Positions 11,084 to 19,811 of a stretch of DNA of 64,000 nt are shown piece after piece (within the stretch, counting starts at the first letter, position 1; every line of letters begins with the position of its first letter). The DNA lies in the IMG/VR virus record IMGVR_UViG_3300029374_000001, positions 64,001-128,000 of that record. One strand, written 5' to 3'. Below the pieces are notes generated by a model, which saw only the letters and a program-made list of their open reading frames with translations, had not been told where the DNA came from and did not search any database. Position numbers and translations under genes: made by a program. The DNA comes from a virus.

Positions 11084-12421
11084 TTATACCATATTATTAT
11101 TGTCTTCTACTCTCTTAGAATATCCTTTTTGTGTATTGATTGCATAGTTATTGATAAACTCTAAGTCTACATAGAAAACCAATTGAGATGACTGTTCTTT
11201 TAATACTTCTAACGTTTTGATTGTATACGTATTCCAATCAATCTCTATAGGAACCTCTTTAGAACCATTGAATAGTTTAATATCCATAAACGATGCTGGA
11301 GATATAAAGATCGACTTAGTATACTCTGCAATCTTAAATAACGAGTTCTTTATAGCTGTAGTTTCTATAACTTCTCTAAACATAATTTCTGATAATTCAT
11401 GTCTATTGTATTCATCATTATCTTCAGTATATGTAGTTTCCATATACCGATTCCATCCAGAAGCATTCTTCATAGGAATGGGTCCTGTATATAGGTTATA
11501 AATTGTACATTGAAGAGTATTATCAATTAATCCAAAATCATGTTTATCTTTCGCATAGTAGGCATAGAACTTAGGAGCAGAAAAAAGAAGTTCTACTTGC
11601 GTAGATACAACAAAGTTATTATCTGTTTGTCCTTCTCGTTCTCCATCATCCAAATCAACCTCTGCACAACGGAAGTGAGTATATACATTTGTCATCTTTA
11701 AGAAATACTCGTATTCTCCCTTAGTTCCTCTGAATTTACATACAATAGGAAGTCTGGAGTGTTTATTCATGAATGCTAAGAATGCACAATTATCTGCTAC
11801 ATTTGTTCCAATGATTTCAAATCCAGCATCTCTGGCTATTTGCAGCATAAGTGCTCTTGGAATCTGAAAATCTATATCAGCAAATCTAGTTTCTGTGGCT
11901 TGTGAACGAAAAGCCATCTGCATGAACTTATAGAGATCTACTCCTGTATTATAAGATGATACTTTAATACGTACAGCAAACTCTACTCGAATCTGTTCTA
12001 ATTCTACGCTAAGCATATTCTTATTAATCGGATTTACAAAGAAACAGTCTTTAAATCTGGTTCTGTTATTGTAGATATTCCGACCATATAAATATAGATC
12101 TGTGTTCTCTCTATTAAAGCTATAGTCTAACTGCGGTTTAATGGCCAATGCTGGTTTATTCTTTCTTAAGTTATCAATCATATCTTTGCTTAAGAAATCT
12201 CTCAATATATTTCTGCCAGCAATATACTCAGACTTAAAAAAGTCTGGTTGGAATTTATTCTTAACCCATTTTCTAAAGTATTCGGTGCATACGGAATAAG
12301 AAGAAGATACGGAAGGAATACACAATGATACAGCATACTCTTTCTTAAATTCTCTTATTTCAGTTAAAGGAGATTGATATAATCCTACTAAGAACTTAGG
12401 ATTGTCTTTATTATATCCCAA
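11084..12421 (-). CDS. hypothetical protein (445 aa)
   Basis: Long ORF with coding-like composition. No recognisable motif. Confidence 0.55.
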   Translation of the reverse strand: MGYNKDNPKFLVGLYQSPLTEIREFKKEYAVSLCIPSVSSSYSVCTEYFRKWVKNKFQPDFFKSEYIAGRNILRDFLSKDMIDNLRKNKPALAIKPQLDYSFNRENTDLYLYGRNIYNNRTRFKDCFFVNPINKNMLSVELEQIRVEFAVRIKVSSYNTGVDLYKFMQMAFRSQATETRFADIDFQIPRALMLQIARDAGFEIIGTNVADNCAFLAFMNKHSRLPIVCKFRGTKGEYEYFLKMTNVYTHFRCAEVDLDDGEREGQTDNNFVVSTQVELLFSAPKFYAYYAKDKHDFGLIDNTLQCTIYNLYTGPIPMKNASGWNRYMETTYTEDNDEYNRHELSEIMFREVIETTAIKNSLFKIAEYTKSIFISPASFMDIKLFNGSKEVPIEIDWNTYTIKTLEVLKEQSSQLVFYVDLEFINNYAINTQKGYSKRVEDNNNMV

Positions 12422-12488
12422 TTTATATGAGCTCCTTTCTATATTATAGAATTTAATAGTATGTCAAAGTTGTCAAAGACACAAAAAA

Positions 12489-12513
12489 TAAAGAGGTCAT
12501 TAAGACCTCTTTA
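12489..12513 (-). terminator. rho-independent terminator hairpin (AAGAGGTC-ATTAA-GACCTCTT) followed by a U-run on the minus strand
   Basis: Stem-loop directly 3' of gene 12527..13129. The minus-strand downstream sequence is ATTTTTTGTG. Confidence 0.55.
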
Positions 12514-12526
12514 TTTATAAGAAGAT

Positions 12527-13129
12527 TTATTTCTTCTTACCAGTTGTACCACCAGCATCTTCCAATGCATAGGGAGTCAGCAGCGCAACAAATAGATCGT
12601 TGTTATTGACCCCAATAGCAGCTTCGCCATCGGCTTCGATATGATCAATATTGATACGGAATTTACCAGCTTCCGGAATATCTCTGTAGGTAAAGACTGC
12701 TTCGACATATGGTTTGTCTGAATTATACTTAGACTTCATAATACCAGAGAAATATACTTTCTTGATATTATCCTTCTTAGTAGATTCGACTTTCCATTTA
12801 ATCTTATCAAAAGATCCATCGATCGCTTCACCCCAAGTTACTTTCGGGTTAGAACTTACTTTCAGACTGCGGATGTTTTCTACTTCCGCAGGATCTCCAA
12901 AGATCGCTGCCAATGCAATAAAGATAAATACAATCCCAGTAAAGATCTTAGTATACTTACTGCCTACAATTCTTCTGATCAGACTGGGGTTCTGTATTGC
13001 TTCTTCAGAAGCGGGCTGAGCTTCTGTATTCTGTACCGGAGGCGTTGCTTCTGCCGGCTTATTTGGATTTTCTTCTTTTGCTGCTTCAATAGCTGCCTTT
13101 GCAGCATCTTTCATTTTTTCTATATTCAT
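12527..13129 (-). CDS. membrane-anchored protein (N-terminal Ala/Glu/Pro-rich linker, single TM, C-terminal globular domain)
   Basis: ORF track; TM segment IFTGIVFIFIALAAIFG. Most distal member of the membrane-anchored paralogue cluster. Confidence 0.55.
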   Translation of the reverse strand: MNIEKMKDAAKAAIEAAKEENPNKPAEATPPVQNTEAQPASEEAIQNPSLIRRIVGSKYTKIFTGIVFIFIALAAIFGDPAEVENIRSLKVSSNPKVTWGEAIDGSFDKIKWKVESTKKDNIKKVYFSGIMKSKYNSDKPYVEAVFTYRDIPEAGKFRINIDHIEADGEAAIGVNNNDLFVALLTPYALEDAGGTTGKKK

Positions 13130-13156
13130 TTTATGTACTCCTTTTGAAATTAATAC

Positions 13157-13279
13157 TTATTTTAACTTAAATAATTTGGAAATAGTATCTCGGAAATTTG
13201 ATTGAATATATTTTCCAAGATAGCCAAGAGTAAAGATAGTGAGCAATGCTACGAATAATGCACTAAGTTGCTTTTTCAT
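13157..13279 (-). CDS. 40-aa membrane peptide (MKKQLSALFVALLTIFTLGYLGKYIQSNFRDTISKLFKLK), mini-member of the paralogue family
   Basis: Hand-translated codon by codon. GYLGKY resembles the family motif GYLYGDKIA. Below the ORF-track size cutoff. Confidence 0.3.
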   Translation of the reverse strand: MKKQLSALFVALLTIFTLGYLGKYIQSNFRDTISKLFKLK

Positions 13280-13294
13280 ATTCAACAACTCCTT

Positions 13295-13813
13295 TTAGTA
13301 GTTATCGCTACGATCCAATGCATAAGATGCTTTTTTCTGCATGTCTAGCCAATATTTCTCGGCATCCATCGTTCCCATTGTTTTATTCTGAGAAGGAATT
13401 TCGATGTATTTAATTGGATAATACATAGGATTATCTTTCTTAAATACATACCGCATCATTGGCTGTTTTTCTGCAGCCAGCTGGAAAACGCCTTCAACTA
13501 CAATATCACCATTTTCTTTGGCGTAGTATTCCAAAGTCTGTCCGAACAACTTTTGCAAAATCTGCATAGTTGTATATGGACGGCTGTTTTTAAATGCTAC
13601 GCCAAGGCTCATAAATGCATCCAAATCTGGGCTCTGTTTAATCTTTTTCTCTACAGCCGGTTCATCTTTTTTACTAACAGTTTCTTCTACCTGAGCCTTG
13701 GGTTTATGAATATCAATACCAATCTTATTGGCAATTTTGTCTCCATAAAGATATCCTGCTCCTACAATAGCTATTGCTATCATTGCGCCACTAATCATTG
13801 TTTCCTTTTTCAT
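13295..13813 (-). CDS. N-terminally membrane-anchored protein, paralogue family member
   Basis: N-terminus MISGAMIAIAIVGAGYLYGDKIANKIGIDIHKP is conserved with the products of 13838..14473 and 14493..15095. Confidence 0.6.
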   Translation of the reverse strand: MKKETMISGAMIAIAIVGAGYLYGDKIANKIGIDIHKPKAQVEETVSKKDEPAVEKKIKQSPDLDAFMSLGVAFKNSRPYTTMQILQKLFGQTLEYYAKENGDIVVEGVFQLAAEKQPMMRYVFKKDNPMYYPIKYIEIPSQNKTMGTMDAEKYWLDMQKKASYALDRSDNY

Positions 13814-13837
13814 AATAATATCTCTCCTTTTTAATAA

Positions 13838-14473
13838 TCAATTACCACTTAATGCCTGGGCTCCGCCTTCTAATACAGTTGTCCACAATATCTGTGATTC
13901 AGACCGAGAAGCGCGCCGATTGCTTGTAATAGATTCTACATATTTAACAGAGAAAGCACCATTACCATCGACTTGGAATACAAAGTATACTCTATCTTTA
14001 TCTCCTGCTAATACAGCGATACCTTCCAATACAATATCACCATTAGGAATTCCATAGCAGAACCAAGTTCTTCCAAATACTTTATTCACAATATCAATGA
14101 CCTTATAACTACGTCCTCCATTGGAATAAATTGTGTTAAGAAAAACATTTCTGTTTGGATCCATTGTGTTTTTCTCGTTATCGCTAAGATCGCGAATCAA
14201 TCGTCCTTCCATAGAATAGTTATTTGCAGGTCTACTGTTTCCCCCAGTAGTTAGACTGGGACCAGCATTTACATTAGATTGTACTGGTTCGTTCTTAACT
14301 TCTGTTATCTTAGACGCAGTCTTGTCTTCTTTTTTATCGACAGATTCTTCTACTTGTACATCTGGTTTATGACCAATTCCTAATGTATTGGCGATTTTAT
14401 CGCTGTATACATATCCTGCTGCTAAGATAGCAGCAGCTAATAAACCACCATTAATCAACAATTTCTTATCCAT
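13838..14473 (-). CDS. N-terminally membrane-anchored protein, paralogue family member
   Basis: N-terminus LLINGGLLAAAILAAGYVYSDKIANTLGIGHKPD. Confidence 0.6.
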   Translation of the reverse strand: MDKKLLINGGLLAAAILAAGYVYSDKIANTLGIGHKPDVQVEESVDKKEDKTASKITEVKNEPVQSNVNAGPSLTTGGNSRPANNYSMEGRLIRDLSDNEKNTMDPNRNVFLNTIYSNGGRSYKVIDIVNKVFGRTWFCYGIPNGDIVLEGIAVLAGDKDRVYFVFQVDGNGAFSVKYVESITSNRRASRSESQILWTTVLEGGAQALSGN

Positions 14474-14492
14474 AACTCTTCTCCTTTTGAAA

Positions 14493-15095
14493 TTAATACT
14501 TATTCAAATCAAGTTCTTTATCCCATGCTTCATAGGATGTTTTGACAATATAATCCCAGCTTCTCTGGGCTGCTTCCGCTTCTACAACAATACCTTTGGA
14601 AGGAACTTCTTTACGTTTTACTTTAAAGTTATCCTCTCCTACTTTTTCGAATACATAGTAAACGGTTGGTTTGTTGTTATCCATACTTAATGGATCTGGC
14701 CCTTCTATAACATATTCTCCATTAGGAGTTAAATAGAAAGTCCCAGGCTTCTTGCCAAAAGCCTTATCTGCTAATGCACAATAGTCTAACGCCATCTTAT
14801 TCTTACTGGGAGAATAACGAACGCATCTAAGTTCATTGATTTTTCTACTATATGCATCTCTTTTCATATTGGGGATGTCTTTAATCCACTTATAATCTGA
14901 ACCAACTTTTCCGCCTTCTTCTTTCTTTTCCTCTTTCTTAGGCTCATCCTTTTTAGCAGTTTCTACTACTTTTGTTGTCTCAGATTTATGGAGATCAATA
15001 CCAACTTTACTAGCTATCTTATCCCCATAAAGATATCCAGCAGCAACGATAGCGATAACTATCATTAGAATGCTAACAATATTTCCTCTTTTCAT
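14493..15095 (-). CDS. N-terminally membrane-anchored protein, paralogue family member
   Basis: N-terminus IVSILMIVIAIVAAGYLYGDKIASKVGIDLHKS followed by a Lys/Glu-rich linker. Confidence 0.6.
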   Translation of the reverse strand: MKRGNIVSILMIVIAIVAAGYLYGDKIASKVGIDLHKSETTKVVETAKKDEPKKEEKKEEGGKVGSDYKWIKDIPNMKRDAYSRKINELRCVRYSPSKNKMALDYCALADKAFGKKPGTFYLTPNGEYVIEGPDPLSMDNNKPTVYYVFEKVGEDNFKVKRKEVPSKGIVVEAEAAQRSWDYIVKTSYEAWDKELDLNKY

Positions 15096-15113
15096 CTTTT
15101 GACTTCTCCTCCC

Positions 15114-15230
15114 TTAGTCATCAAATTTATGATTCCAACCAATAAATTTTGTTATCTTATCTTGATAAAGATAAGCACAACAACAAATAAAACCTATAAT
15201 ACAAATAAATAAACCAGCATCTACTTTCAT
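15114..15230 (-). CDS. 38-aa membrane peptide (MKVDAGLFICIIGFICCCAYLYQDKITKFIGWNHKFDD), TM-anchor-only member of the paralogue family
   Basis: Hand-translated codon by codon. AAGGAGG SD 9 nt upstream of ATG 15230. AYLYQDKITKFIGW matches the family motif AGYLYGDKIANKIGI. Confidence 0.35.
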   Translation of the reverse strand: MKVDAGLFICIIGFICCCAYLYQDKITKFIGWNHKFDD

Positions 15231-15304
15231 AATTAATAGCCTCCTTTTGACTATACTATAATCTCTAGTATCATAGAAAATTTGATACTATTATATCTCT
15301 TCAT

Positions 15305-15345
15305 CTCTATATTATATAATTTATAAAAGATTAGATTACAAAAAA
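15305..15345 (-). promoter_or_regulatory. promoter element copy 1 (minus-strand reading TTTTGTAATCTAA-N12-TATATAATATAGA)
   Basis: Invariant 13-mer at 15331..15343 (plus-strand TTAGATTACAAAA). Oriented towards the membrane-paralogue cluster. Confidence 0.5.
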
Positions 15346-15587
15346 GAAAATAACGTATATATAAGAGAGATAAACTATGACCAAATACACGAGCTCATGA
15401 ATAAAGTCCTCCCAGCTTATATTTAACCAAATATTAAATAAAGCTTTACGATTAATAATATAATACTCTCGTACCGTTTAAGTACTATACATATTAATCT
15501 TAGATACTTATAATTCATAACACCCCTTTCAGATACTACAATATGCGGGCATATCGATAATATCTAAAATATAGTTTATCTCTCATC

Positions 15588-15627
15588 CTTATAATATATA
15601 CTTTAAAAGAACTTAGATTACAAAAAT
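15588..15627 (-). promoter_or_regulatory. promoter element copy 2
   Basis: 13-mer at 15613..15625. Minus-strand reading TTTTTGTAATCTAA-GTTCTTTTAAAG-TATATATTATAAGG. Confidence 0.5.
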
Positions 15628-15864
15628 AAAAATAAGAAAGGTGTATATGACTTTAGAAAATAGTATTCCTCTACTTAAAATTTGTTTCTCTTTTTAGCCT
15701 AAAATAAGATACAGTTTGATAATGAGTAGTATAATACTTTCATATCGTTTAAGCACTATACATACTATATTTAAGTATTTGGAGTTCATATTATTCCTTT
15801 CAGATACTATGCGTCCATAAAAGTTTTATCATAATATCGAAAAGTCATATATACCTTTCTTATT

Positions 15865-15904
15865 TCTATAATATATGCTTTCAAAGAACTTAGATTACAA
15901 AATA
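15865..15904 (-). promoter_or_regulatory. promoter element copy 3
   Basis: 13-mer at 15890..15902. Minus-strand reading TTTTGTAATCTAA-GTTCTTTGAAAGC-ATATATTATAGA. Confidence 0.5.
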
Positions 15905-15910
15905 ATATAT

Positions 15911-15932
15911 GAGAAGCTCATATGAGCTTCTC
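15911..15932. terminator. perfect 22-nt palindromic hairpin GAGAAGCTCAT|ATGAGCTTCTC directly 3' of gene 15939..16595
   Basis: Read from sequence. On the minus strand it is followed by the A/T-rich ATATATTATTTTG. Confidence 0.5.
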
Positions 15933-15938
15933 ATATTC

Positions 15939-16595
15939 TTATGACTTTTTATGTTTTACTATTCTTATACTGATACGATTAGCTATCATGGATTGGCATT
16001 CTTTATTGGGATCTATATCCGTTGGCTCTATAGGAATCTTCCATCCAATATAATTATTCCATCTAAGCCTACCGTGGAAAAAAGTTAAATCAGCATAAAT
16101 CTTAAATGGTCTAAATAAAATACATTTAACTGATTTGTCTATATAGATATCTTTAGCTCTGCCATATTGATCTTCTTTATGATAAATATTCTTCATATCG
16201 ACCGGTTTTGCTTTGACTCCAAATACAAACTGAGCCCATCCATATGCACAATTTCTGGTTAACCATGCTACACGATTCAGATAACGTAAAAATCTTTCTT
16301 TTATAGTGAATGTGGCTCCTGGCTTGAGTGTAACGTATTTAACCCATTTACATATCTTAGGATCTAATCTTCTATGTACAGTATACTTCTCATAATAGTT
16401 ATATCTCATCCATTTAGGAGAATAATCTGTACACCAGTCTTCTGCATCACATGTATCATCCCAAGTTTGCCACAAATGTAAGAATCCTTTTAATTCTCCA
16501 CATTCATCACAAAATAGAGCGACAATCGGATTTGTTATATAACAAATCATCATAATAATCAACATACATGGTAAATACACAATATATCTAAGCAT
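15939..16595 (-). CDS. membrane protein (N-terminal TM), Cys/Trp-rich, hypothetical
   Basis: ORF track; GGAGGTG SD 10 nt upstream of ATG 16595. Confidence 0.55.
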   Translation of the reverse strand: MLRYIVYLPCMLIIMMICYITNPIVALFCDECGELKGFLHLWQTWDDTCDAEDWCTDYSPKWMRYNYYEKYTVHRRLDPKICKWVKYVTLKPGATFTIKERFLRYLNRVAWLTRNCAYGWAQFVFGVKAKPVDMKNIYHKEDQYGRAKDIYIDKSVKCILFRPFKIYADLTFFHGRLRWNNYIGWKIPIEPTDIDPNKECQSMIANRISIRIVKHKKS

Positions 16596-16899
16596 TCTCT
16601 ATAACACCTCCATAAAAAATAATTGGTATTATAAGAATGTCACAAAAAAATAATCCAGGTGACCTGACAGTCACCTGATATATTTCTGATTACTCTATGT
16701 GTCTTCAGAATCTCCTGGATTATTTTCTTAAAATTATATCGTTTGTTACTCTTCTATGAGCTATGTTACAATCATTCAACGATATCGGATAAATCTGTTC
16801 CTGTATCCCACATTTCCAGATCCACCTCCTTATTGTCTATACTCTATATAGACTTATAATAAGTATATAAAATATTACCTCTGAATATCTTATATACTC

Positions 16900-16942
16900 A
16901 GAGATATATTATATTATTTCAGAAAAATTAGATTACAAAATA
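16900..16942 (-). promoter_or_regulatory. promoter element copy 4 (upstream of 15939..16595)
   Basis: 13-mer at 16928..16940, with TAATATAATATATC 11 nt downstream on the minus strand. A hairpin CAGGTGAC-CTGACA-GTCACCTG (16646..16670) lies in the leader. Confidence 0.45.
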
Positions 16943-17200
16943 AAAAATAAAGAGAGTCAAAAGGAGTACAACTAAAAGCTCTCTTTATTTTTTCTGCCCT
17001 ATACTTATTAGGCAGCTTGGTGTGTGGAGACGAAGAGGGTATAATATGTACTACGTAGTTAAAATCAGTTTCCTTTTTGAGTTTGTTATAGAAGCCTCTG
17101 AATAGGCTTTAGTTCTCTCCCCCTCGGAAGCAGCTTTTATAACCGTAGTACATACTATTCTTTCTCATCTCGCTGATATAATATATAACTCAAAGAATAT

Positions 17201-17446
17201 TTATCTGGCATACTTTTTCTTCAAAGCAATAATCTTATCCATTTGTGTGGGTGTATACTTGTTTCTGGATAAATAGATCAATGCATTTGAATTAATCAAG
17301 GTATCTTTGAATACATTCATAGAGTTATTGAATTTCCCATCATCTCTGGAAATCATCATAGCATTTCTGGGATCAAATACTTCTTGTGCAGACTTCCAAA
17401 ATTCATCATTGACGATATAAATAATATTAAGTGTATCTCCATCGAA
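17201..17446 (-). CDS. RNA polymerase beta' subunit N-terminal fragment, exon 2 (starts FDGDTLNIIYIV...)
   Basis: Continues beta' homology after the catalytic motif: FDGDT..NAMMIS..NALIYLSR corresponds to E. coli DFDGDQMAVH..ALMMST..LGLYYMTR. Joined to exon 1 it gives AADFDGD. Confidence 0.75.
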   Translation of the reverse strand, partial: FDGDTLNIIYIVNDEFWKSAQEVFDPRNAMMISRDDGKFNNSMNVFKDTLINSNALIYLSRNKYTPTQMDKIIALKKKYAR

Positions 17447-17845
17447 CGTTGTGGTCAAATAGATTCGCTACATCTACCCAGTTCTCTTATGAACTTCTAT
17501 ATACTTTCATATACAGACCAGACTATATCACATCCATAATTGTATGGAGCCTTGCATTTCGAGTACGCTGTACTCTACACCCCGCGACGGGTTAGTCGTT
17601 GAACCTGTTTGAACAGGTGCTGATTGTCCATTTTCTCATTATACCCTTAGCAAATTAGATATATCTCTTTAATAAGTAAGATTTACATATATCTAACTCT
17701 TGTATTTCAGCATAGGTTATCTTATAAATCGTTTCTACTTTCGTAACCATATAGGTTTTGTAAGCTTTAGGAGTTTCCAGCTTTTAACAAGGTTACTCAC
17801 ACATGTTACCATATATGAGGACTTTTGTATTTTCTAAATACGTTA
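17447..17845 (-). ncRNA. group I self-splicing intron (399 nt, no internal ORF) interrupting the beta' gene inside the NADFDGD motif
   Basis: Exon 1 ends ...GCU GAU and the intron begins UAACG (an in-frame UAA, so splice after a U). The intron ends ...CACAACG (omega-G). Internal GUUCAACGACUAAC (R-like, 17589..17602 region) and GAUAUAGUCUGG (S-like) match the conserved group I core elements that pair as P7 (GACUA/UAGUC). The segment is locally GC-rich and structured. Confidence 0.8.
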
Positions 17846-19144
17846 ATCCGCAGCAAATGACGACAATACCTGTAATGGCATACCCATAGTATAATTATCA
17901 TTTATTCCGATACACTTCATAGCTTTGATGGAACCATAATCAATTGTCGGGTTCCTGTTAATAAGTACTGGTATACCACCATCGCTAGTCGCAATGATAT
18001 TTTCAATAATATCTCGGATTCGTTGATCGGGCACAATCTGAGCTTGTTTAAATCTCATATATGCATCATTATACCCAATATTATACGTTCGAACCAAGAT
18101 ATTGATGATTGTTTGTTGTAATAACTCTAAGAGTGTATGATAACTCAATGTGACTTGATTAACTCTTAGGGTTGGATCTGGAACAATAACAGACCGAGAT
18201 GTAAAACTACATCTGCCTCCTATCAGATTTCTTATAATACCTTTCTTACCAGAACAGATATTAACGACTTCTGTGTACAAAGCATTGTATCGATCCTGCA
18301 TATTCCATAGAATAACATTTCTGTATTTAGGAATGTTATACATAGACAACTTATCATTTCTAATCATAGCAGCAATCTTAGCCATCATATTAAAGATCGC
18401 ATTTGTTTCTTCAAAGGTAAATCTGGTTCCTTCTACTTTAAATGGTCGTAAACCTGTAGAATATACTGGTACATTATGAATGAATACTTTTTCTCTATTC
18501 TTCATAATGTCTTTATAGTAGTCTTCTTTCTTACCTTTGAATTTACTATGATAATATTCCATAATCTCATCAAACTTCTGTTCAAATTCAATGAGACCAA
18601 TACCTTTATAGGTATCGTCTAACTTTGTTTTTCTATATTTTCTTTTAGTCTGAGATTGAACTAACTTAGAACTATATTTTTGTATAGGATTTCCATTGGC
18701 ATCCAAATCAATCTCTGGTTGAATGATAGATTCTAATAGCTGTTGCCCTAAATACTTAGATAAAGACTGATAGATATTTGGATGAATGATAGCATACTTT
18801 CCAGTAGGAATCCATCCTGTAATACTGAAGTCTTCTCCAACGAACTTAACTTTAGTTCTACATCTAGGGCAAATCATTCCCTCATTATTTTTGCCCTGTA
18901 ATTCTTTACAATCACAAGAATATCGATCTGCATATGCATCGGGATCTTGTAATGTTTTCATATACTTTTCAGAATAAATCGAGTCGGATCTGGATAACGT
19001 TTTCTTAATATCCAATGGTTCGCTGATAATGAAACCTTTACCAGATTCCATATCTTTTTCTTTTTCTTTGTCTAAATCAATTCTCTCCAATCTTGTTGTA
19101 AATTTACATCCTTCTGGATATTTTACATTTAGATTGATTTCCAT
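17846..19144 (-). CDS. RNA polymerase beta' subunit N-terminal fragment, exon 1 (433 aa; Zn-ribbon and NRNPT.DYGS motif; ends ...SSFAAD)
   Basis: YSCDCKELQGKNNEGMICPRCRTKV corresponds to the beta' N-terminal zinc ribbon CxC..CxxC. LINRNPTIDYGSI corresponds to NR(Q/A)P(S/T)LH(R/K)xSI. The C-terminal AAD completes (N)ADFDGD with exon 2. Confidence 0.8.
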
Positions 19145-19222
19145 CCATACTCCTCCTTTTTGATAAAAATAAAAATGAGAAGACTGTAATTAGCCTTCTC
19201 ATAGCTATAATATATGGTTGAA

Positions 19223-19594
19223 TTAAGAATTGACATTAACAAAGTCAAACCAGAGTTCATTAGAATTTCCAGTATTGTCTTCCTCTTCTGCAATAATGTA
19301 TACAGGGTCATTATTCACACAGTATACACAATCCAAAACAGATGGTTGATCTTCTCTAGGAATATACACGTTAGCATGTTTCTTAAGAGGATCATCAATG
19401 TCAATCTTAATTCCTCTCTTACCAATATTCAATACGACATTATTGTTTACGTCAACCACTCTGATCAAATCATCAGAGACAATAACTTTCGTACCAAATT
19501 TAGAATTAACGACAATATCTTTATTAGATTCGGTTATTATATCTGGAGGGGTTGTACCCTCCAGATCCATCTTTTTATTTTTTATCTGCTGCAT
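19223..19594 (-). CDS. hypothetical protein
   Basis: Part of ORF 19223..19630. ATG 19594 with AGAAGGA SD 8 nt upstream. Confidence 0.45.
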   Translation of the reverse strand: MQQIKNKKMDLEGTTPPDIITESNKDIVVNSKFGTKVIVSDDLIRVVDVNNNVVLNIGKRGIKIDIDDPLKKHANVYIPREDQPSVLDCVYCVNNDPVYIIAEEEDNTGNSNELWFDFVNVNS

Positions 19595-19811
19595 TTGGTC
19601 TATCCTTCTTATTGGAATAATGAATATCAATATCTACCAAATCAGTTCCTTTTCTTTTAGAAACTGTGACTTCTGCGCCTTTATAAATGTCTTTCAGTGC
19701 AGATACAAGGGAATCTGTTATAGACTCCTCATTTTGTTTTTTGCCATTCCCAATCTCCTTAGTTACGGGTGTTTCAGGAATAGTAATTACGTCTTTTTTC
19801 TTATTCATCAT
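19575..19811 (-). CDS. hypothetical small basic protein
   Basis: ORF track; overlaps the neighbouring gene start by 20 nt. Confidence 0.35.
   Translation of the reverse strand: MMNKKKDVITIPETPVTKEIGNGKKQNEESITDSLVSALKDIYKGAEVTVSKRKGTDLVDIDIHYSNKKDRPNAADKK

Larger units (their letters stand above)
15241..15938. repeat. non-coding tandem array of about three ~280-bp degenerate repeat units, each carrying one promoter element
   Basis: Units start at the invariant TTAGATTACAAAA (15331, 15613, 15890). Shared blocks: CGTTTAAG(T/C)ACTATACATA, CCTTTCAGATACTA, TATAATATATA, AAAGAACTTAGATTACAAAA. Confidence 0.6.

Noticed and set aside
15241-15938. Possible CRISPR array
   Set aside because: The repeat units are about 280 bp, degenerate, and contain promoter motifs. 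There are no short direct repeats with unique spacers and no cas genes.
17447-17845. Alternative reading of the beta' interruption as a genuine gene split or pseudogenising stop
   Set aside because: The two halves rejoin exactly into AADFDGD with a U before the 5' junction and a G before the 3' junction, and the spacer carries the group I R/S core elements; an intron is far more parsimonious.
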